DNA of 64,000 nt. Source: Deltaproteobacteria bacterium (lineage in GTDB: Bacteria > Myxococcota_A > Polyangia > Fen-1088). Shown piece after piece: positions 49,252 to 59,613 of the stretch (the first letter of the stretch is position 1; each line of letters starts with the position of its first letter). The stretch covers positions 448,001 through 512,000 of the forward strand of contig JANRKS010000019.1 of the NCBI GenBank assembly GCA_033763315.1, given 5' to 3'. The notes under the pieces were generated by a model that was given only the letters and a program-made list of their open reading frames with translations, was not told the DNA's origin and searched no databases. Position numbers and translations under genes: made by a program.

Positions 49252-51289
49252 GCAGCGCGCCTCACTCAAAGCCATTTTGTGGGCGCCGCCCGTGCTGTGC
49301 CTGCTTGCGGTGGCTTGCCACAAGCGGCCCGCTGTTACGCCCGCCACGCCCGGCAGCGTGGAAGGCAAGGTGACCGCCACGCACGGCGTTTCCTTGCACG
49401 GTTTGAAGGTTGCCTTGAGGCGCGCCAACACGGTGGGCGGGACGTTGTCGGCGGCCACCACCACCGATGCCTCCGGGCGCTTCCGCGTGGCCCCCGTGGC
49501 GCCCGGTCAATACATCATCGAATGCGAAATCGCGGGGCGCTCCGCCTCGGTTGGTTTGGTGGTTCAACCGGGTGAAACGCTGCGAACGGTGCTCCGCCTG
49601 CAAGATCCTGCCCGGCTCACCGGGCGCGTCTTGGACCGCAAGGGCAATCCCGTGCCGTCCGCGCTGGTTTTGGTGTGGCCCAGCGGTCAAGGCACAACCC
49701 AAGCCCAAGAAAGCGTCACCAGCGAGCAGGGCACTTTCGTCTTCGAGCAACTGTTTCCCGGGAATCTCAGCGTGCTCGTGCAGGCGGCAGGCATCGGGTC
49801 CGTGAAATTGGATCCCGTCTCGGTTCCGTCACGCCCGCTGGTCATAAACCTCGACGGCGTGGGCCTCAGCATTGAAGGCAGCGTGGTGGGGCCGAAAGGT
49901 CCTGAGCCACAGGCCACCGTTCGCCTGGGTGGCGCCGGTTTGCGTTCGGCCCGCACCACGGAGACAGACACGCAAGGGCGCTTTCGGTTTCACGGGCTGG
50001 GGCCGGGCGAGTACGCATTGCGGGCGGGCACAGTGGTGTTGGCGTCATCGACCCGGGCCGTCACCGTTGCAGATGCCGATGTCACGGGCGAGCCATTGCG
50101 ATTGGGCCCGGGGGAAGTGATCTCGGGCAACGTGATCGATGGCGCACGCAAACCTTTGGGCGGCGCACGCGTGGTGGTGCAGGCCGTGCCTCCCGACGAT
50201 TGCCCCGAAGTTCTCACGCCCGACGTGGTTGGATATTTTTCCACCATCGCGCTGCCGCGCGGGCAATACGAAGTCAGCGCCGCCATGCCCGGTTTCGTGG
50301 CTGAGGCGCCGCAGCGGATCACGATCAATGGAAGACCGCCAGCGCTTTCCCTGGCGCTTTTTCGCGCCGGCCGCGTTGTGGGCCGCGTGGTGTTGCCAAA
50401 TGGCAAACCAGCCGCGGGGGCGCAGATCAACGTCACCTCACCCGCGGGCTCGCGTTACCCACGCGATCGGCTGCCAGTGGTGTCGGGAAACTTGCCCCTT
50501 GCTGCGGAAGCCGCTGCCTTGGGCACGCAACTTTTGCCTCATGTCATGCGAACGCGTTCGGTGACCGCCGATGCCAAGGGCACATTCTCGTTGGGTGAAC
50601 TGCGGCCCGGATCGTATGGCTTGGCTGCGTCGCTTGAAGGGGCAGGGCGGGTGACGGCGAAACCGCGGCTTGTGACGGAAGGCACCGCCACCGATTTCGG
50701 TACGCTCACGCTTGTGCCCGTGGTGTCGGCCGCTCCCACAATCACCCCGATGCCCACGGGCGCACGCACGCTTATTGGCACAGTCAAAGACGCCAAAGGC
50801 AAGAAGGTGCCGAACGCTTCGGTGGCCGTCGGTCTCACAGCTGACCCATCGTCCGAGTTCGTCAGCACCATCGCAAACTCGGAAGGCAACTTTGTGTTTT
50901 CGAGCTTGCCCGATGGCAAAGCCCTCACGGTGCGCGCGCGCCACCCCGAACTCGGCAGCACAGCGCTGCCGGTGGGTGGCACGGACAAAAGCGTGGCACT
51001 GCGTTTCTTGGCGCCCGGAGGAATCGAGGGCGAGGTTGTGGACGCGCGCGGACGCTTCGTGCAAGACGCACGCGTCAGCCTGCGATCGGCCGACGGCACG
51101 CTAGGCCCGCCGGTTCAGATGGCGGGGGCTGGGTTTCGAGCCCTGGGCGTTCCCTCCGGCAGCTGGACGCTGGTGGTGCAGATTGGCGACGCCCCCCCCG
51201 CCATACAGATGCCCCTTGAGGTCCCACCGGCGGCACAGCCTGGTGTGGCTTCGCTGCGTGGCATCCGCGTAAAGCTTCCGAAGCCATAA
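49241..51289 (+). CDS. Lipoprotein with about seven carboxypeptidase-regulatory-like beta-sandwich repeats (start uncertain)
   Basis: Lipobox AVAC; repeated GxVxDxxGxPVxxA...TDxxGxFxFxxLxPGxY units. Confidence 0.75.
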   Translation: MRLRQRASLKAILWAPPVLCLLAVACHKRPAVTPATPGSVEGKVTATHGVSLHGLKVALRRANTVGGTLSAATTTDASGRFRVAPVAPGQYIIECEIAGRSASVGLVVQPGETLRTVLRLQDPARLTGRVLDRKGNPVPSALVLVWPSGQGTTQAQESVTSEQGTFVFEQLFPGNLSVLVQAAGIGSVKLDPVSVPSRPLVINLDGVGLSIEGSVVGPKGPEPQATVRLGGAGLRSARTTETDTQGRFRFHGLGPGEYALRAGTVVLASSTRAVTVADADVTGEPLRLGPGEVISGNVIDGARKPLGGARVVVQAVPPDDCPEVLTPDVVGYFSTIALPRGQYEVSAAMPGFVAEAPQRITINGRPPALSLALFRAGRVVGRVVLPNGKPAAGAQINVTSPAGSRYPRDRLPVVSGNLPLAAEAAALGTQLLPHVMRTRSVTADAKGTFSLGELRPGSYGLAASLEGAGRVTAKPRLVTEGTATDFGTLTLVPVVSAAPTITPMPTGARTLIGTVKDAKGKKVPNASVAVGLTADPSSEFVSTIANSEGNFVFSSLPDGKALTVRARHPELGSTALPVGGTDKSVALRFLAPGGIEGEVVDARGRFVQDARVSLRSADGTLGPPVQMAGAGFRALGVPSGSWTLVVQIGDAPPAIQMPLEVPPAAQPGVASLRGIRVKLPKP

Positions 51290-51292
51290 ACC

Positions 51293-52501
51293 ATGAACAA
51301 CCACGGCCGCAAGGCTTGGGCTGCCAGGGAAGGTGTCGTAAGCTCGCCCGCCTTGTTTGCCCGTACCCTCACCGCACGCAACGCGGGCCTCGCCTGCGCG
51401 ATGGTTCTGATCGCCGCATGTAAGCCAGCCGCCGAAGCGCCGCTTGGTCCTTCCCCATCGTTCATGCTGTTGCAAGCCGAGGGCGCGGCCGACAGCCTGC
51501 CCCTTGTGACCCCCGTCAAGGGCACCGACGGTGCTGCCGCGAACGTGACCGCCGCCCTCAACGACGGCTTCGCCGCGGAACTGTTGCGCACCGTCTATGT
51601 CACCCAGCAATACATTCAAAATGCCCCCGGTTCGCAACCCGCCTCTGCGCGGGCCTTGGCGTGGGCCAAAGACGCGACGCCGTTTGTGTTGAACGCGCCG
51701 CAGCCGACGGGCAGGGGCGTGGCCTTACGCGGCCCCTGGCTGGGTGGCCCGTTGCTGCGCCCACAAACAAATTACATTGGTGTGCCGCTTAACAAAGAGC
51801 CTCGGCAGTTGGTGCCCGAGCTGGCTCGTTACATCGGCAGCTATCTTGGTTCCGCTGCGGCCACGGCAGGCGCGTTCGACGCGGAAACTTCCCCCTTGGC
51901 GAGCGCGTACGCAAAGGCGATGGAGGTCATCGCGCGCGAGTGGAAGGGCACGGCGGGCGGTGGGATGAGGCCCCAGCTCAGTGAGGTGGACGGGAACCTT
52001 TTTGCGGGCGTGCGCGAGAATCGTTTTGTGTTGGACGCGCAAGGCAAGCTTCGCCCCCCCTTGGACTTGCTTGGCGATGAAGGGGTTGCGGCCACGGTGT
52101 TTTACCGCTGGTTCCAGGACAAGCAGCTGATGAAGACGGTGGCGGATGATGCGTTCTACGCACCGTTGAAGTCGGATCGCATCCCCCCCGGGGTGAGCCC
52201 CGCGGTCGTGCTCGGCACGTTCCGTAATCTCCAGATGAAGGTACTGGGCGCTTGGATTGATGCCGTCCGCGCGGGGCACGGACCCAAGAACATCGCCGAT
52301 CTCGTGAGGCTTTACGGCCAGCGGTTTCCTGCGGAGCGCGCGGCCGTGATTCGTTTGTTTGTGGCCACCACCTATGGCGCCACGGTGAAGCCGCCGGGGC
52401 TTTCGCCCAAACCCGAAGACGCCACAACCACATTGGCGGCGCTTACGGCGTTGTCTGACGACGTGATATCTGGCAAAACGCCTTTGCTCTCCTTACCTTA
52501 G
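51293..52501 (+). CDS. Hypothetical lipoprotein
   Basis: 402-aa ORF starting 3 nt after the upstream stop; lipobox-like IAAC; no recognised domain. Confidence 0.55.
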   Translation: MNNHGRKAWAAREGVVSSPALFARTLTARNAGLACAMVLIAACKPAAEAPLGPSPSFMLLQAEGAADSLPLVTPVKGTDGAAANVTAALNDGFAAELLRTVYVTQQYIQNAPGSQPASARALAWAKDATPFVLNAPQPTGRGVALRGPWLGGPLLRPQTNYIGVPLNKEPRQLVPELARYIGSYLGSAAATAGAFDAETSPLASAYAKAMEVIAREWKGTAGGGMRPQLSEVDGNLFAGVRENRFVLDAQGKLRPPLDLLGDEGVAATVFYRWFQDKQLMKTVADDAFYAPLKSDRIPPGVSPAVVLGTFRNLQMKVLGAWIDAVRAGHGPKNIADLVRLYGQRFPAERAAVIRLFVATTYGATVKPPGLSPKPEDATTTLAALTALSDDVISGKTPLLSLP

Positions 52502-52549
52502 CGCTTTCCCTTTGGCTTTTACTTTCACTTTTGTTCTAAGCACACACAC

Positions 52550-53530
52550 ATGACCCAACCTTCACCTTTGGCAGGCAAGCGCATCGTCGTCACCGGCGGC
52601 CGCGGCTTTTTGGGCAGCTTCGTTGTCGAGAAACTGCGGGCGCGTGGCGCGGCAGAGATCTTTGCCCCCAATAGCTCCCAATACGACCTGGTCAACCGCG
52701 AGGCTTGCCAGCAACTGCTGGCGGACACGCAACCGGATCTGGTGTTTCACCTGGCGGCCCGCGTGGGTGGCATCGGTGCCAACCAGAAGAATCCGGGGCG
52801 CTTCCTGTTCGAGAACGCCATGATGGCGCTGCACCTGTTTGAGGAATGCCGTTTGGCCGGCGTAAAGAAGCTGGTGGCCGCGGGGACCATCTGCGCTTAT
52901 CCCAAATTCGCCCCCATTCCGTTCAAAGAGGACGACATCTGGAACGGTTATCCCGAAGAAACCAACGCCCCTTACGGCGTCGCCAAGAAGATGATGATCG
53001 TGCAGTCTTCGGCTTACCGGGATCAATACAACTTCAACAGCATCGTGCTGTTCCCCGTGAACCTCTACGGCCCGCGCGACAACTTCGATCTCGAAAGCTC
53101 GCACGTCATTCCAGCGATGATTCGCAAGTGCCTTGAGGCGAAAGACCAAGGCCACAAAGAAGTGGTGCTGTGGGGCGACGGCTCGCCCACGCGCGAGTTC
53201 CTTTATGTTGAGGATGCCGCCGAAGGCCTGATCCGGGGCGCTGAATCTTATGATTCAAGCGATCCCGTGAACCTTGGTTCGGGCGAGGAAATCAGCATCA
53301 AAGCGCTTGCAGAACTGATTGCCCAAGCCACAGGCTTTACCGGACAATTCCGTTGGGACACCTCACGGCCCAATGGCCAACCGCGCCGCCGCCTGGACGT
53401 CACACGGGCCAAAGAGCGATTTGATTTTTCAGCGCAAGTGTCATTCAAAGAAGGGATCACGCGCACCGTGAACTGGTTCGTAAATTCACAAATGACCGCC
53501 CACACGGCATTGTCGGGAGCACAACGATGA
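52550..53530 (+). CDS. fcl: GDP-L-fucose synthase
   Basis: [38 protein letters not shown] and SHVIPA. Confidence 0.93.
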   Translation: MTQPSPLAGKRIVVTGGRGFLGSFVVEKLRARGAAEIFAPNSSQYDLVNREACQQLLADTQPDLVFHLAARVGGIGANQKNPGRFLFENAMMALHLFEECRLAGVKKLVAAGTICAYPKFAPIPFKEDDIWNGYPEETNAPYGVAKKMMIVQSSAYRDQYNFNSIVLFPVNLYGPRDNFDLESSHVIPAMIRKCLEAKDQGHKEVVLWGDGSPTREFLYVEDAAEGLIRGAESYDSSDPVNLGSGEEISIKALAELIAQATGFTGQFRWDTSRPNGQPRRRLDVTRAKERFDFSAQVSFKEGITRTVNWFVNSQMTAHTALSGAQR

Positions 53531-54558
53531 GCGACGTCACAAAGAAAGCAGAACCCCGCAAGGCCTTGATCACGGGCATCACCGGACAAGATGGCTCTTA
53601 CTTGGCCGAGCTCTTGTTGAAAAAGGGCTACGAGGTTCATGGCGTTGTACGCCGTTCCAGCTCGTTCAACACCGAACGCCTTGAAGACATTTACCAAGAT
53701 CCGCACACCGAAAATTATCGACTCCGCCTGGTGTATGGCGATTTGGACGACGCCAGCTCGCTCAACCGCATTCTTGAAACGGTTCGCCCAGACGAAATCT
53801 ATAACCTGGGTGCGCAAAGCCACGTGCGTGTGAGCTTCGACGTTCCGGAATACACATGCAATACCGTGGGCATGGGCACGCTGCGTTTGCTCGAAGCCAT
53901 GCGCGAGATCGTGCCGAGGAGCCGGTTTTACCAAGCCTCGTCGTCAGAGATGTTTGGCGCGGCGAAACCTCCGCAAAGCGAGACCACGCCGTTTCAGCCG
54001 CAATCGCCTTATGCGTGCGCCAAGGTCTTCGCGCACCAACTTTGCCAAAATTACCGCGCGGCTTACGGGCTGTTCATCAGCTGCGGCATTTTGTTCAACC
54101 ACGAAAGCCCGCGCCGTGGCGTTCCCTTCGTCACGCGCAAGATCACGCGCGCGGCAGCCCGCATCAAGCATGGCCTTGAGAAGAAGCTGTTTTTGGGCAA
54201 CCTTGAAGCCAAGCGCGACTGGGGCTTTGCGGGCGACTATGTGGAAGCGATGTGGTTGATGCTTCAACACGACAAACCCGATGATTTCGTCGTGGCGACC
54301 GGTGAATCGCATTCGGTGAAGGAGTGTTTAGAGGTCGCTTTCAAAACGATGGGCCTCAATTGGGAAGAACACGTGGAGATCGATCCGCGTTACTTCCGCC
54401 CCACCGAAGTGGATCACTTGTTGGGTGATGCCAGCAAGGCGAAGCGGGAACTGAAGTGGGATCCGAAAGTTCGCTTCCGCGAGTTGGTCGAGATGATGGT
54501 GCGCGCCGATGAGGCGGATCTCCGTGCGTCTTTGGCTGGCCGCGCGCCTGCCCGCTAA
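53527..54558 (+). CDS. gmd: GDP-mannose 4,6-dehydratase
   Basis: [37 protein letters not shown] and RDWG. Confidence 0.97.
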   Translation: MSDVTKKAEPRKALITGITGQDGSYLAELLLKKGYEVHGVVRRSSSFNTERLEDIYQDPHTENYRLRLVYGDLDDASSLNRILETVRPDEIYNLGAQSHVRVSFDVPEYTCNTVGMGTLRLLEAMREIVPRSRFYQASSSEMFGAAKPPQSETTPFQPQSPYACAKVFAHQLCQNYRAAYGLFISCGILFNHESPRRGVPFVTRKITRAAARIKHGLEKKLFLGNLEAKRDWGFAGDYVEAMWLMLQHDKPDDFVVATGESHSVKECLEVAFKTMGLNWEEHVEIDPRYFRPTEVDHLLGDASKAKRELKWDPKVRFRELVEMMVRADEADLRASLAGRAPAR

Positions 54559-54579
54559 GCTCAAGCGAGGAACATAAAC

Positions 54580-55437
54580 ATGACCACCCTCACCGCGATC
54601 ATTCTGGGCGCACAGGGCACGTTGGGCAAAGCGTTGGCAGACAACCTGCCGCGCTTGGGCATCCACGTGCTGGCCGCGCACACGCGCGCCACGTGCGACA
54701 TCGTGGATCACAGCGCGGTGGAGGGGGCCTTGCTGAGCGCCCGACCGAATTTGGTGTTCAACGCCGCGGCCTACACAAATGTGGACAAGGCCGAGGACGA
54801 GCCAGATCCGTGCTACATCGCGAACGCCATCGGCCCGCAAAATGTGGCGCACGCCTGCGCGCGCGTGGGTGCCAAGCTTGTTCACTACTCCACCGACTTC
54901 GTGTTCGACGGCGAGCAAGAGCGGCCTTACGACGAGTTCGATCCGGTCTCTCCGCAGGGCGTCTACGCCCGCAGCAAAGTGGCCGGTGAGCGGCTGGTGA
55001 TGGCGGCGTGGGCGCAAAGCTTTGTCATGCGCGTGGGCTGCCTCTATGGGCGCGGCGGTCGCAACTTTCCAAGCACGATCTTGGATCGTCTGAAGCGGGG
55101 CGAGGCCATCAAAGCCGATGCCGAACGCAAGGGCTCACCCACCTGGGTTGTGCCGGTGGTGGAAGCCTCCGCCGCCTTGGCGCGCTCGGAATGGTTTGGG
55201 CTTTATCACAGCACCGCCAATGGCGAGACCACCTGGGCCGATTACGCTCATTTCTTGGCCGCCCAGATCGGCGCGCCCACGGGCAACGTCACGGCGTTGC
55301 CCTATGGAGCTCTGTCGCTCAAAGCGCCGCGCCCACGCCGGTCGATCCTGGACAACCGCATGCTGCGTTTGCGTGGGCTTGACGTGCTCGGCACGTGGCA
55401 AGACCAAGCGCTGCGCTACCTGCAGTCAGAAGGCTGA
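54580..55437 (+). CDS. rfbD: dTDP-4-dehydrorhamnose reductase
   Basis: GAQGTLG, NAAAYTNVDKAE, STDFVFDG, YARSK..GE and GSPT. Confidence 0.9.
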   Translation: MTTLTAIILGAQGTLGKALADNLPRLGIHVLAAHTRATCDIVDHSAVEGALLSARPNLVFNAAAYTNVDKAEDEPDPCYIANAIGPQNVAHACARVGAKLVHYSTDFVFDGEQERPYDEFDPVSPQGVYARSKVAGERLVMAAWAQSFVMRVGCLYGRGGRNFPSTILDRLKRGEAIKADAERKGSPTWVVPVVEASAALARSEWFGLYHSTANGETTWADYAHFLAAQIGAPTGNVTALPYGALSLKAPRPRRSILDNRMLRLRGLDVLGTWQDQALRYLQSEG

Positions 55438-55471
55438 AAAAACAACGGGCGCCTCGCGACGCCCGTTGCTT
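55437..55471. terminator. Hairpin terminator between convergent rfbD and rfbA
   Basis: AAAAAA-CAACGGGCG...CGCCCGTTG. Confidence 0.65.
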
Positions 55472-55484
55472 GCGGCGGCTGCGC

Positions 55485-56225
55485 TTATTCGGCTGGCCCT
55501 TCGAGCGTCCACGCCAGGTCGTTCGCCTGCCGCAACGAGGGGAACGTGCCGGCATCGGTCCACCAACCTGGAAGCTCATTCCAAGACAGTGTGCCCCGCG
55601 CGATGTACGCGTTGTTCACGTCGGTGATCTCAAGTTCGCCACGGCCTGACGGCTTGAGCGTGTCGATGATGTTGAACACCTCTTCGTCGTAAAAGTACAC
55701 GCCGGTGACGGCCAGATCGCTGGGGGGATCTTTGGGCTTCTCGATGATTCTGGTCACCTTGTTGCCCTCGGTCACCGCCACGCCATAGCGGCCCGGATCA
55801 TGAACCTTCTGCACCAAGATCTTGGCGCCGGCCTGTTGTTCGCGGAAGGCATCGGCGAAAGGCTTGATCGAGTTTTGAAAGATGTTGTCGCCCAAAATGA
55901 CGGCCAATCGACCGCCGCGGCCAAAGCGGCGCGCCAAGCCCAAGGCCTGCGCAATGCCGCCCGCTTGATCCTGAACGCGGTAGGTGAACTCGCAACCGAA
56001 CTCGTGACCGCTGCCCAACAACGCCACCACGTCGCCCATGTGCTCAGTGCCGGTGACGATCAAGATCTCCTTAATCCCGGCCTCAAGCATCTTGCGCACG
56101 GGGTGGAAAATCATCGGCTCACGCCCAACCGGCAACAGGTGCTTGTTCGTTACCTTGGTCAAGGGGAACAAGCGTGAGCCTGTGCCGCCAGCCAAAACAA
56201 CGCCCCTCAGATCCGTCTCTTTCAT
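55485..56225 (-). CDS. rfbA: Glucose-1-phosphate thymidylyltransferase, short form
   Basis: GVVLAGGTGSRLFPLT..NKHLLPV, LGDN, EKP, RGELEITD and WTDAGT. Confidence 0.88.
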   Translation of the reverse strand: MKETDLRGVVLAGGTGSRLFPLTKVTNKHLLPVGREPMIFHPVRKMLEAGIKEILIVTGTEHMGDVVALLGSGHEFGCEFTYRVQDQAGGIAQALGLARRFGRGGRLAVILGDNIFQNSIKPFADAFREQQAGAKILVQKVHDPGRYGVAVTEGNKVTRIIEKPKDPPSDLAVTGVYFYDEEVFNIIDTLKPSGRGELEITDVNNAYIARGTLSWNELPGWWTDAGTFPSLRQANDLAWTLEGPAE

Positions 56226-56273
56226 GGTTTCTGCCTGCTTTTCTTGATCGTCGCCCAAGCTAAGTGTGGCGCC

Positions 56274-57284
56274 CTAGATGGCGCCGTATTGCTGCTGATA
56301 ATACTCGCGGTAAGCGCCGCTGCGAACCCGCTCCCACCACGTTTTATTGCTGCGGTACCACGCCACCGTCTCAGCCAGACCTTGCTCAAAGTCGCGCGTG
56401 GGCTTCCAGCCAAGCTGCGAGCGGATCTTCGAGGCGTCCATCGCGTAACGGCGATCGTGGCCCGGCCGGTCAGCGACGTATTTGATCAGTGAGTCGCTTG
56501 CGCCCGTGAGACGCAAAATGTCGCGAATCACCGACAAATTGGGACGATCGTTTTCGGCGCCGATATTGTAAACGTGGCCCGTGGTGCCGCGCGTGAGCAC
56601 CAAATCGATCGCCGCGGCATGATCTTCCACGTGGATCCAATCGCGCACTTGCATCCCGTCGCCATAAACAGGCAGCGGTTTGCCTTCAAAGGCGTTCAAA
56701 ATCATCAGCGGGATCAGCTTCTCGGGAAACTGAAAGGGCCCGTAATTGTTCGAGCAGCGGGTGGTCACAGTCTCCAGCCCGTGCGTGTGATGGAACGCGC
56801 TCACCAAGTGGTCGGCGGCGGTTTTGCTGGCGGAGTAGGGGCTGCGCGGGTCAATCGGGGACGTTTCGCTGAACGCGCCGGTGGGCCCCAACGAGCCATA
56901 AACCTCGTCGGTAGAAACCTGCAAGAACCGTTTGAGCTTGCTGTCCTTGGCGGCTTCAAGCAGCGCAAGCGTGCCTTGCACGTTGGTTTCCACGAACGGC
57001 GCGGCCGACATGATGCTGCGATCCACGTGGCTTTCAGCCGCGAAGTTCACGATGGCGTCAATCTGGTGCTCGGCGATGAGCTTACGTACCAAAGCGCCGT
57101 CACGAATGTCGCCCTTGACGAACACGTGCCCCGGATCGCTTTTCAGGTCAGCCAATGATTCAAGGTTGCCCGCGTAGGTTAGGACGTCGAGATTCACAAC
57201 CTTAGACGCTGGCCGCAAACGGCGCACAAGCCGCACGTAACACTGGCCGATGAAGCCGGCCCCTCCGGTGACAATCAGATTCAC
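56274..57284 (-). CDS. rfbB: dTDP-glucose 4,6-dehydratase
   Basis: TGGAGFIG, AAESHVDRSI, STDEVYG, YSASK and DRPGHDRRY. Confidence 0.96.
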   Translation of the reverse strand: MNLIVTGGAGFIGQCYVRLVRRLRPASKVVNLDVLTYAGNLESLADLKSDPGHVFVKGDIRDGALVRKLIAEHQIDAIVNFAAESHVDRSIMSAAPFVETNVQGTLALLEAAKDSKLKRFLQVSTDEVYGSLGPTGAFSETSPIDPRSPYSASKTAADHLVSAFHHTHGLETVTTRCSNNYGPFQFPEKLIPLMILNAFEGKPLPVYGDGMQVRDWIHVEDHAAAIDLVLTRGTTGHVYNIGAENDRPNLSVIRDILRLTGASDSLIKYVADRPGHDRRYAMDASKIRSQLGWKPTRDFEQGLAETVAWYRSNKTWWERVRSGAYREYYQQQYGAI

Positions 57285-57377
57285 AGGCCGAGACTTAGCC
57301 CAGCAACGCCGTGGCTGTCAAAGGTTGGCGTTAAGCGGCTCGACAAACTACGGGGTTTGCGGTTGACTGAGCGCCCC

Positions 57378-58109
57378 GTGACCGCCCCCCCAACTACGCT
57401 TATCGTCATTCCTACTTACAACGAGCGTGAATGCCTGCCCGAAATTGTGGCCGCCGTTCGTAACGCCGTCCCGTACGCAACGATTCAGATCGTCGACGAC
57501 AACTCACCCGATGGCACGGGCGCTTTGGCCGATGACCTGGCCGCGGCCGATCCGCAAGTGCGCGTCCTTCACAGAACGGGTAAAGCTGGTTTGGGCGCCG
57601 CCTACTTGGACGCTTTCGGCCGCGCCTTGGCCGAAGACACCTGGGATCGCGTGGTTCAAATGGACGCTGATTTTTCGCACGCCCCCGCGGATGTGCCCCG
57701 TCTTCTGGCGGCGCTTGATGCCGGCGCAGACCTGGCGGTGGGCTCGCGTTACACCAGCGGCGGCGGCACGCGCAACTGGGGGCTCGGCCGGCGTATCATC
57801 AGCCGCGGTGGTGGCACGTATGCGCGCGTCGTGCTGGGCGTGGGCGTGCATGACCTCACGGCGGGCTTTAAGGCCTGGAAGGTCCAAACTCTGCGCAACA
57901 TCAACCTGGCAGCGGTGGGCGCGCGCGGCTACGGCTTTCAAATCGAGATGACTTTCCGTGTGCTTCGCAACGGCATGAAGGTCACCGAAGTGCCGATCTT
58001 GTTCGAGGACCGCCGCGTGGGCGAATCCAAGATGTCGGGCAGCATCTTCTTCGAGGCTGCGTCGTTGGTGTGGCGCCTTCGCCGTTCCATTCCAGTGGGC
58101 CGTGGGTGA
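57378..58109 (+). CDS. Polyprenol-monophosphomannose synthase-like GT2
   Basis: IPTYNE, VDDNSPDGT, GLGAAY, QMDADFSH, GYGFQIE and DRRVGESKMS. Confidence 0.9.
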   Translation: MTAPPTTLIVIPTYNERECLPEIVAAVRNAVPYATIQIVDDNSPDGTGALADDLAAADPQVRVLHRTGKAGLGAAYLDAFGRALAEDTWDRVVQMDADFSHAPADVPRLLAALDAGADLAVGSRYTSGGGTRNWGLGRRIISRGGGTYARVVLGVGVHDLTAGFKAWKVQTLRNINLAAVGARGYGFQIEMTFRVLRNGMKVTEVPILFEDRRVGESKMSGSIFFEAASLVWRLRRSIPVGRG

Positions 58110-59607
58110 ACCTCAAAGCGTTGAGCCGCCCACCCGGCGGGTGCTGGCCTTCGGAGCGATCCTGTGGCTGACCTTCGCGTTCTTTATCCCCGCCGCGTCG
58201 TGGAACCCCAACGCTCGCTTTGATTTAACTTTGGCGTTGGTCCACCACCAACAGCTGAACATCGACGCCTACCACGCCAACACGGGCGATAAAGCCCACT
58301 TCGGCGGCCATTATTATTGCGACAAAGCGCCAGGCGTCTCGCTCTTGGCGGTGCCGGCCTACGCCGTGTTCGCGGCCGCGCGGCAAGCCCTTGGTTGGCC
58401 GTCGCCAAGCGTTGTTACGGTGGGGCGTGATGGTTCCGCCTACGCCACCCCGCGCGGTGACGGGCGCGACGACGTGCTTCTCAATGGCGGGTTTCGCTGG
58501 GGACAATACACCTGCACAGTGTTCACCTCCGGCCTGGCGGGCGCCGCCTTGGGCATGATGCTGATGGCCGCCGCCTATCGAAATGGCCGATCGCTGGCCG
58601 ACTCCACCGCCATCGCCATCGCCGCGACGTTGGGCACCTTGCTGTTCCCCTACAGCACAAGCTTTTACGGCCACGTGCCGGCGGCGGCTTTGGCGTTTGG
58701 CAGCTTTGTTTTGCTAGCCGCTCCGGGCCCCAAGGCGAAGCTCTTCTTTGCCGGATCGCTGGCTGCCGCCGCCGTGGCGTGTGAATGGCCTGCGGCCTTG
58801 ATCGCCTTGGCACTCACGGGATTCATCGTGCACCAACACTCATGGCGCGCCCTGGCCCCCTGGTGCTTGGGCGCCGCTTTGCCCGCGCTCGGCGTCGCGC
58901 TTTACAACCACTGCGCTTTTGGCAGTGTGCTTGGCTCGGGTTACACGCATCTGGTTGATCCGCGCTTCGCGGCCGGCATGTCACGCGGCTTGATGGGCAT
59001 CACGTGGCCATCGCCGCGTGTGCTGTTGGCTGAGTTGTTCGGCCGCTCCCGTGGCTTGTTTTATACAGGCCCCGTACTGCTGCTGGCCACGGCGGGGCTG
59101 TGGCGCCCCACAGGCGCGACACGGTTGTTGGCGTCAGCCGTTGTCGCAAGCTTTCTGCTGCTTTCCGCGGGGTATTTCATGTGGTGGGGCGGAGCCGCCT
59201 TTGGGCCGCGCCACGTGATTCCAGCGCTGCCGTTTTGGTGTTTGGGCCTGCTGTGGGCCTGGCCCTCATCCACCCAGAACGACATTGGCGGTGCGCCTCA
59301 CCGCGCCCGCGATCGTTGGCATGGCCACCTCACGTTCGCCTGCGTGGCCTGGTCAGTGGCCAACATGACGTTGGGCACGGCCGTTGGATTTGAGGCGCCT
59401 TTGACCACCGATTTGTTGTTCCGCTACACATACCCGTTGGCCGTGCGCGGCCAAATCCCGTTCATGCCCGGCGGTTCCAACCTGGGACGCTTGCTTGGCT
59501 TGCCGGGCCCGCTATCACTACTGCCCCTCGTCTTGGTATGGGGTGCGTACATCAGCTGGGTGTGGCGGTGGCTGCCATTGCCACCCCAGTTGCAGCCGAA
59601 GGATTAA
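58102..59607 (+). CDS. Multi-pass membrane protein, probable GT-C-fold glycosyltransferase
   Basis: Many TM helices, loop motif YCDKAPG and late FGPRH; overlaps the GT2 gene. Confidence 0.6.
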   Translation: MGEPQSVEPPTRRVLAFGAILWLTFAFFIPAASWNPNARFDLTLALVHHQQLNIDAYHANTGDKAHFGGHYYCDKAPGVSLLAVPAYAVFAAARQALGWPSPSVVTVGRDGSAYATPRGDGRDDVLLNGGFRWGQYTCTVFTSGLAGAALGMMLMAAAYRNGRSLADSTAIAIAATLGTLLFPYSTSFYGHVPAAALAFGSFVLLAAPGPKAKLFFAGSLAAAAVACEWPAALIALALTGFIVHQHSWRALAPWCLGAALPALGVALYNHCAFGSVLGSGYTHLVDPRFAAGMSRGLMGITWPSPRVLLAELFGRSRGLFYTGPVLLLATAGLWRPTGATRLLASAVVASFLLLSAGYFMWWGGAAFGPRHVIPALPFWCLGLLWAWPSSTQNDIGGAPHRARDRWHGHLTFACVAWSVANMTLGTAVGFEAPLTTDLLFRYTYPLAVRGQIPFMPGGSNLGRLLGLPGPLSLLPLVLVWGAYISWVWRWLPLPPQLQPKD

Positions 59608-59613
59608 CTGTTT

